The position numbers and the translations under genes were made by a program. From an uncultured Gammaproteobacteria bacterium (GTDB lineage: Bacteria; Pseudomonadota; Gammaproteobacteria; CAWCPV01): DNA of 64,000 nt. Positions 57,600-64,000 of the stretch are shown here, in pieces. The stretch lies in contig CAWCPV010000006.1 in assembly GCA_963797555.1 (NCBI GenBank), positions 32,001-96,000 on the forward strand, in the 5' to 3' direction. Below the pieces are notes generated by a model, which was given only the letters and a program-made list of their open reading frames with translations, did not search any database and had not been told where the DNA came from. Every line of letters begins with the position of its first letter. The stretch's first letter is position 1.

Positions 57600-60108
57600 A
57601 GAGAAACAGACGGTTACGGCATACGGCCAGAGAGAACGATTTCTTCCGCCAGGCGCTGGGTATCGAGCGGGTGCCTTCGGCGGAAAAGCTGAGGCAGCGC
57701 CTCGAACGAGCACGCAGCGGCGATGCGGGGGTATCGACGAGGCCAATATTGAGTTCATGGTCAACGCCAAGGTGCCGGTGAGCCCCCTGAAGACCGCCCA
57801 TGCGCCCGTGGACATCGATGTCTTTCCCATGGACAACTCCGGGACCCAGAAAGAAGGGGGCTCGCGCACCTACCCCGGCTATGACGGTTATGCGCCGATC
57901 GCGGCCTATGTGGGAGCCGAAGGCTGGAGCCTCGCCTGTGAGCTGCGCGAAGGCAAGCAGCACAGCCAGAAGGAATTCAGCTACGTCTGGGAGCGCATCC
58001 TGCCGCGCGCCAGGCGCCTGACGGCCCTGCCTTTGCTGGTACGCCAGGACAGCGCCCACGACGCACTGGAGAATCGGCTGAGGTCTGTGCAAGAGGAGGT
58101 GGACTTCATTATCCAGTGGAACCCCGAGGCGAGGACCCTGCGCAGTGGCTTGAGCGCGCCGAGCACCAAGGGGTGTGGGAGACACCCCGACCCGGCAAGC
58201 GGATAGCGCTGTTCAGCGTCATCGAGGAGCACCCCCATCCAGGCCATACCTACTACGTTCGCCGGGTCATGCGGGTGACCGAGCGCACCATCGACAAATA
58301 GGGCCAAATGCTGCTGGTGCCGGAGCTTGAGCTCGAGGGCTGGTGGACCTCCCTGGCCTACTCTGACCATGCGATCCTCGCCCTGTACCAGGACCACGGC
58401 ACCTCCGAGCAGTTTCACGAGACGAGTTCAAGACCGATCTCGACATCGAGCGGCTGCCCTCCGGGAACTTTGACACCAATGACCTACTGCTGGGCTTTGC
58501 CGTATTCGCCTACAACATCCTGCGCTTCATCGGTCTCATCGGGCTGACCGGCGAGGTCGCCCCCCTGCGCCACCCAGCCAAGCGCAGGCGGCTCCGGACC
58601 GTCATCCAGGAGCTGATGTATCTCGCCGCCCGGTTGGTCGCCACCGCCCGGAGGCTCTGTCCCGGCTTCCGCGCCTTCGAGCAAGTGTATTGCCAACTCG
58701 CCTTCGGGTAGCTAGTGTAGTGCTTCATTCTGTTTAGAACTTAAACGTGCGTTGGCGCGGATGACCTTCTGCAGGATGTCCTTAGCCTTGGCGGTCCAGA
58801 TGAAGGGTTTGGGATTGGCGTTGTGGGCATCGACATAGCGGTTGATGGCATGGATCAACTCGGGGACGCTTCGAAACACGCCACGGCGCAACCGATCCAC
58901 AGTCAGGTCGCGGAAGAATCGCTCGACCATGTTCAACCAGGATGCTGAGGTGGGCGTGAAATGGATGTGGAAACGCGGGTGTTTTCCCAGCCATTTCTGA
59001 ACGTTGGGATGTTTGTGGGTGGCGTAGTTGTCGCAGACCAAGTGCAGTTCCTTGTCCTTGGGCGTCTCGCGGTCGATTTGGCGCAGGAAGGTGAGCCACT
59101 CCGTGTGGCGATGGTGCGGCTCGCAGCGGGCAATCACGGAACCCTCCAAGGTGTTCAGGGCAGCAAACAGTGTCGTGGTGCCATGGCGCTTGTAGTCATG
59201 GGTCATGGTCGCAGCCCGCCCCTTCTTCAGCGGCAGGCCAGGTTGGGTACGATCCAGCGCCTGAACCTGACTCTTCTCGTCGCAGCACAACACCAAAGCA
59301 TGCTCCGGGGGGGACAGATACAGCCCGACGATGTCCTCCAACTTCTCGGTGAATTTCGGGTCGCGCGATACCTTGAAGGATTCGACACGATGCGGCTTCA
59401 GCCCATGGGCATGCCACACGCGCAGCACCGTGGTGTCGCTCACTCCCATTTCCTTAGCCAGGGTCCGCGTACTCCACTGTGTCGCTGCTAAGGGCTGGGT
59501 CTGAGTCGTGCGTCGCACGATCTCGGCGGCATCCACCTTGGGCTGACGACCTCCGCGCGGCAGGTCACACTCGATGGCCGCCAGCCCGCCTTGCGCATAG
59601 CGCTCCCGCCAACGCCCAACCTGCACACGCCCAATCTTGAGTTCCGCCGCGATGGCCTTGTTCTCCATGCCCACCGCCGCCAACAGCACAATGCGCGCTC
59701 GGCGGGCCAGCCTCACACTCGTGGTGTTCGAACGCGACACACGCCTCAGGCTCCGCTGTTCTTCCGCGCTCAGTCGGACCATCGGGGCTACTCGCATCAG
59801 TGCTCTCCTGTCTTGGCTTCATAGCCCTGGACAGCGATAGATCATATATGTTCCGTTAATTACCAAGCACTACACTAGGACGACATCAGAGAAGCTCCAC
59901 CCGTGCCCCACCAGGCTGCGGTGTAAACCTACGCCCGAAAGGCAGCACCAAAGGGTCAAGGTCCTGCAATCACCCCTGCGCCGAGGAGGATCCAAGCCTT
60001 CTCTGCAGCCGGTGTCACCGGTTGGCCAAAAACTGTACCAACTCAACTGAGAAGACCTCCCATTCCCCTCCCTTCCGGCTGCTCAAAGCTCGAAGTCACG
60101 GATCCAGG
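57600..60108 (+). mobile_element. IS1380-family remnant (multiple frameshifts/stops) with IS630 inserted after its stop
   Basis: DIDVFPMDNSG.QKEG, ELREGKQHSQ, RQDSAHD, YQDHGTSEQFH..FKTDLDIERLPSG; right end TCACGGATCCAGG. Confidence 0.75.
58712..59878 (-). mobile_element. IS630 family IS, intact (transposase 58712-59797)
   Basis: IRs CTAGTGTAGTGCTT / AAGCACTACACTAG; DEK, HDYKRHGTTTLFAAL, DNYATHK, SWLNMVERFF. Confidence 0.95.
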
Positions 60109-60176
60109 ACCGCGTCAGACTGAAAGGGCTTGGCATATAATCGAACAGGAAAACACCCGACACTTGGAGGTCAGTC

Positions 60177-60483
60177 ATGCGCATGCTTATGCACGTTAAG
60201 CTCCCGGTTGAACCGTTCAACACCGCCGTTCTGGATGGCACCGCAGGGGAAAAGATCCAGCGAATTCTTGAGGCTATCAAGCCCGAAGCCGTCTATTTCT
60301 CCGAGCAGAACGGCCGGCGCGGTGGCACCTTAGTCGTGAACGTCCACGAATCCGTCCGAGGTCCCCATGTTGGCCGAGCCGTGGTTTCTCACATTCGATG
60401 CCGAAGTGGAGTTTCGGATTGCCATGACGCCCGAAGAACTCGTGCGCGCCAACTTGGAGGCCTTGGGAAAGAAGTGGGCTTAG
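60177..60483 (+). pseudogene. Frameshifted paralog of 51541-51846
   Basis: Near-identical sequence including upstream region; extra base near 60349. Confidence 0.8.
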
Positions 60484-60807
60484 TCAAGCCGGCCGTCGAC
60501 TGGGACGTTGGTTAACCGTCACCGATGTCCGCGACCGCACAGCGTCTTGCGTCCTGCCGCGGGACCGGCGGAAGCTGGTGGTTGGGTGCGGCCGGAGGAG
60601 TGCCAGCTCGCGGACTGACAACGGCCGGAGTGGCCGGTCAAGCGGCCGGTTGTTCGGGTTGATCCGGCCAAGGGACGCGGTCTAATCGGGTAAGGGCGGG
60701 TGTTTGGCCCGCCCTCCTCGTACCACCAGCGAGGAGGTGACACGGTCATGAACTCACAAATCTTTGGATTGCGTGTAGCGAGCATTGTGTTCGGGTTAAT
60801 AGCCATA

Positions 60808-61000
60808 GCCATGGCTGGCCGCTTGGCGCGACCCCTGGGAGGACCAGATGTTGTTTCTGGGCGCCCGCGGATTCCGCTGCATCGCCCATGACCGCCGCGG
60901 TAATGGCCGATCGAGCCAGCCTTGGAACGGCAACGACATGGACACGTACGCTGACCTTGCGACGCTCGTCGAAACGCTCGATCTCCAGAACGCCATCCAG
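60808..61000 (+). pseudogene. Non-heme chloroperoxidase (alpha/beta hydrolase) fragment
   Basis: [45 protein letters not shown]. Confidence 0.75.
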
Positions 61001-61050
61001 TCGGTGAGTCGCTCGATCTGAGCACCCACGCCAACAATGGACACATCGCC

Positions 61051-62733
61051 ATGACCGGTGCCATCGCTACGCCAGAACCTTTGACGCTTACCGCGCGTAT
61101 CGCCCAGATGTTTCCGACACTGACGCCCGCGCAGATCGAGCGCATCGGGGCGCACGGGCACCGGCATCCGATCCAACGCGGCGAGGTGCTCTTCGAAGCG
61201 GGGTCCGAGGTCATGCCGTTCTTCGTGGTCACGGAAGGTCAGATCGAGATCGTCCAGCCATCCGGCGCCACCGAGACGCTGATCGCGGTCCATGAACCGG
61301 GTCAGTTCACCGGCGAGATCCAAATGCTCTCGGGCCGCCGAGCGCTCGTCCGGGCGCGTGCCAGCGAGCCGGGCGAAGTGATCGAGCTGGATCGCGAGCA
61401 CCTTCTGGCACTCGTGCAGACCGACAGCGAGCTGAGCGAGATCATCATGCGCGCCTTCATCCTGCGCCGCGTGGAGTTGATCGCGCACGGGTTCGGAGAC
61501 GTCGTGCTCATCGGGTCGACTCATTGCTCGGGAACGCTGCGCGTCAAGGAGTTCCTGACGCGCAACGGTCATCCCTACTCGTACATCGACCTCGACCGTG
61601 ACTCCAACGTCCAGGCCCTGCTCGACCGGTTCCATATCTCCGCCGCGGACGTGCCGGTGCTGATCTGGCGCGGCGACGTGGTGTTGCGGAGCCCGACCAA
61701 TCAGCAGATCGCCGATTGCCTCGGCTTTAACGCCGCGATCGACGAGACGCAGATACGCGACGTGGTCATCGTCGGCGCGGGACCCGCGGGGCTCGCGGCG
61801 GCCGTGTACGCCGCGTCGGAGGGGCTAGACGCCCTGGTGATCGAGACCAATGCGCCCGGGGGACAGGCCGGTTCGAGCTCGAAAATCGAGAATTACCTCG
61901 GCTTCCCGACGGGCATCTCAGGCCAGGCGCTCGCCGCCCGCGCGTACACACAGGCGCAGAAGTTCGGGGCCCAGGTGATTATCGCGAAAAGCGCCACGCG
62001 GCTGACGTGCGACCGCAAACCCTACGCCATCGAGATCGGTGAGGGTCCGCGCGTGACGACACGCACCGTCGTGATTGCGACGGGCGCCGAGTACCGGAAA
62101 CCGGCGATCGAGAACCTGTCGCGGTTCGAAGGGGCAGGCGTGTACTACGGCGCGACCTTCATGGAGGCGCAGTTGTGCGCCGGTGAAGAGGTGATCGTGG
62201 TGGGAGGCGGAAACTCGGCCGGCCAGGCCGCGGTTTTCCTCGCGCAGACAGCCAGGCGCGTGCACATGCTCGTCCGGTCGAGCGGGCTGGCCGAGAGCAT
62301 GTCGCGCTACCTGATCCGGCGGATCGAAGAAAATCCCGCCATCGTCTTGCGAACGCAGACGGAAATCGTGACCCTCGAAGGCAGCGGCCATCTCGAACGC
62401 GTGCGCTGGCGCGAACATCGGTCCGGAAACGTCGAGACCCACGACCTCCGGCACGTCTTCTTCATGACCGGCGGCGTTCCCAACACGCAGTGGGTCGATA
62501 GCTGCCTCCTACGCGACGCGAAGGGATTCATCAAGACCGGATCCGAACTGACGCAGGACGACCTCGCCGCGGCGCATTGGCCGCTCGGCCGCGCGCCGCA
62601 CCTCCTGGAAACGAGCCTGCCCGGCGTGTTCGCGGTCGGCAACGTCCGGGCAGGAAGCATCAAGCGCGTGGCGTCCGCCGTCGGGGAGGGATCGATTACC
62701 ATCGCCTTCGTACACCAAGTACTCCGCGAGTAG
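61051..62733 (+). CDS. cNMP-binding domain - thioredoxin reductase-like FAD oxidoreductase
   Basis: GQFTGE cNMP domain; GAGPAG, IENYLGFPTGISG, ATGA, GGGNSAGQAA, KRVASAVGEG. Confidence 0.92.
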   Translation: MTGAIATPEPLTLTARIAQMFPTLTPAQIERIGAHGHRHPIQRGEVLFEAGSEVMPFFVVTEGQIEIVQPSGATETLIAVHEPGQFTGEIQMLSGRRALVRARASEPGEVIELDREHLLALVQTDSELSEIIMRAFILRRVELIAHGFGDVVLIGSTHCSGTLRVKEFLTRNGHPYSYIDLDRDSNVQALLDRFHISAADVPVLIWRGDVVLRSPTNQQIADCLGFNAAIDETQIRDVVIVGAGPAGLAAAVYAASEGLDALVIETNAPGGQAGSSSKIENYLGFPTGISGQALAARAYTQAQKFGAQVIIAKSATRLTCDRKPYAIEIGEGPRVTTRTVVIATGAEYRKPAIENLSRFEGAGVYYGATFMEAQLCAGEEVIVVGGGNSAGQAAVFLAQTARRVHMLVRSSGLAESMSRYLIRRIEENPAIVLRTQTEIVTLEGSGHLERVRWREHRSGNVETHDLRHVFFMTGGVPNTQWVDSCLLRDAKGFIKTGSELTQDDLAAAHWPLGRAPHLLETSLPGVFAVGNVRAGSIKRVASAVGEGSITIAFVHQVLRE

Positions 62734-62743
62734 AGGAAACCCC

Positions 62744-63016
62744 ATGACATCCAGATCATCCTGCGCTCATCTCGGCGCCATTACGACGGTCACACACGCG
62801 AAACGCCGGGAGTGCGATGAGTGTGTGAAGATCGGCGCAAGATGGGTCCATCTGCGGACCTGTCAGGAGTGCGGCACGACGCTGTGCTGCGACGATTCGC
62901 CAAACCGCCACGCGACCAAGCACGCGCACGGCAGTGGGCACCCCGTGGTAGCCTCGGCGGAGCCCGGGGAGCGGTGGCTGTACTGCTATCCGGACGACGC
63001 CTTCGCGGAATACTGA
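62744..63016 (+). CDS. UBP-type zinc finger protein
   Basis: CAH..CDEC..WVHLRTCQECG..CCDDSPNRHATKH..EPGERW. Confidence 0.9.
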   Translation: MTSRSSCAHLGAITTVTHAKRRECDECVKIGARWVHLRTCQECGTTLCCDDSPNRHATKHAHGSGHPVVASAEPGERWLYCYPDDAFAEY

Positions 63017-63079
63017 AGTCAGGCGCAAATAAAGAAAGTGGGATTCTAGATCCGCCACAAAAAGGGCTTCCGCCTGCCG

Positions 63080-64000
63080 TCAGTTCGGCGCCGTCTTGGG
63101 GATCGCGAAGGCCGGCACGCAGGTCAGCAACGTCAGTGCCGCGGAGATCAGGAACACGTAAGGACCCAGGAAACGATACAGCAGGCCCCCGGCGATCAAG
63201 CCGATGATGCTGGCCACGGCGGCCAGGCCCCCGGCGATCCCCTGAACTGCCCCCTGCACGTCACGGCCCGCGGATTTCGCCAGGACCGAGAGCAATGAGG
63301 GCCACATTACGCCGTTGCCGAGAGCGAGCAAGGCCGTGCCGATGTAGAGGGTCGCGGTACTGGCCGAACTGAAAAACGGGAAGCTGGCGGCCAGCACCAG
63401 GCTGCCGCCCAGGACCAGGGCACGGTCGGACCAAATTCTCGCGGCGCGCTTCAACACCGGACCCTGCACGAGCACCATCATGAAACTCATGGCCGAAAAA
63501 AACACGCCGGTTTCGGCGAGCGACCAGTGGATCCCGGTGGCCGCGTACACCGGAAAGCTGACGTAAAACAAATTGAAGGCGAGGAACACCAGGAAGTACA
63601 GCGCGAGTAGCAACCCCACCGACGGCAGCGCCAGGATCTCGATGATCGACAGTTTCGGCGCGGCCGTCAGCCGAAAACGCGCCTTGTGATCCTGGCCGAG
63701 GACCTTGCGCACACTGACCCCCTCCGGGTCGCTCCGCAATACGCAGGGATCGGTCTCCGGGAGCCACCAGGCGATCATCAGGCTCGCCACCACCGAGATG
63801 ACGAACGCGGCCAGGACTGGCAACGTCGCCCCCGCCAACGTCGCGCCCAGCGCGCCGGCGATCGCCGGCCCCAAAATGAACCCGAGGTTCGCCGACACCG
63901 CCATTTTGCCGAAATTGGCGCTGCGGTTCGTGTCATCGCTGATGTCCGCCAGGTAGGCGTTCGCAACCGACGCATTGCCTCCCGTGAGCCCGTCCAACGC
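63080..64000 (-). CDS. MFS transporter (TetA/DHA1-like), 5' end outside the window
   Basis: DGLTGGNASVANAYLADIS, LGFILGPAIAG, multiple TM helices. Confidence 0.88.
   Translation of the reverse strand, partial: ALDGLTGGNASVANAYLADISDDTNRSANFGKMAVSANLGFILGPAIAGALGATLAGATLPVLAAFVISVVASLMIAWWLPETDPCVLRSDPEGVSVRKVLGQDHKARFRLTAAPKLSIIEILALPSVGLLLALYFLVFLAFNLFYVSFPVYAATGIHWSLAETGVFFSAMSFMMVLVQGPVLKRAARIWSDRALVLGGSLVLAASFPFFSSASTATLYIGTALLALGNGVMWPSLLSVLAKSAGRDVQGAVQGIAGGLAAVASIIGLIAGGLLYRFLGPYVFLISAALTLLTCVPAFAIPKTAPN

Overview
High-GC (~68%) bacterial window; the gene content suggests a proteobacterium (inference only). Housekeeping and envelope genes (rhomboid, SIMPL, YadGH-like ABC, IorAB-like molybdoenzyme, Zn/Mn ABC cluster, nadE, ATP-dependent DNA ligase) alternate with three accessory blocks. 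(1) 10.8-20.8 kb: three NLR-like STAND NTPases. Two are convergent (DUF4062-STAND-CLec and TIR-NACHT-CLec), each ends in a DGR-type variable region, and they flank a decayed diversity-generating retroelement core (template repeat, structured spacer, inverted avd 3' half joined at CTAG to an RT 3' half). (2) 29.1-32.0 kb: a second, apparently intact DGR (exported TPR-CLec target, avd, RT, TR). Its 126-nt TR/VR pair has 18 of 21 mismatches at TR adenines by hand count. (3) 38-50 kb: a type I RM operon interleaved with AbiE TA, GmrSD and Fic, whose HsdR carries a C-terminal Schlafen/AlbA_2 domain beyond a 1-nt frameshift. Also present: a RAYT with its GTAG REPs and a distant REPIN, a DUF6516-type TA pair, and an IS graveyard at 51-61 kb (ISL3, IS1380, IS630, an unclassified IS, a probable group II intron 5' remnant). 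All calls come from manual reading of motifs; no database searches were run.
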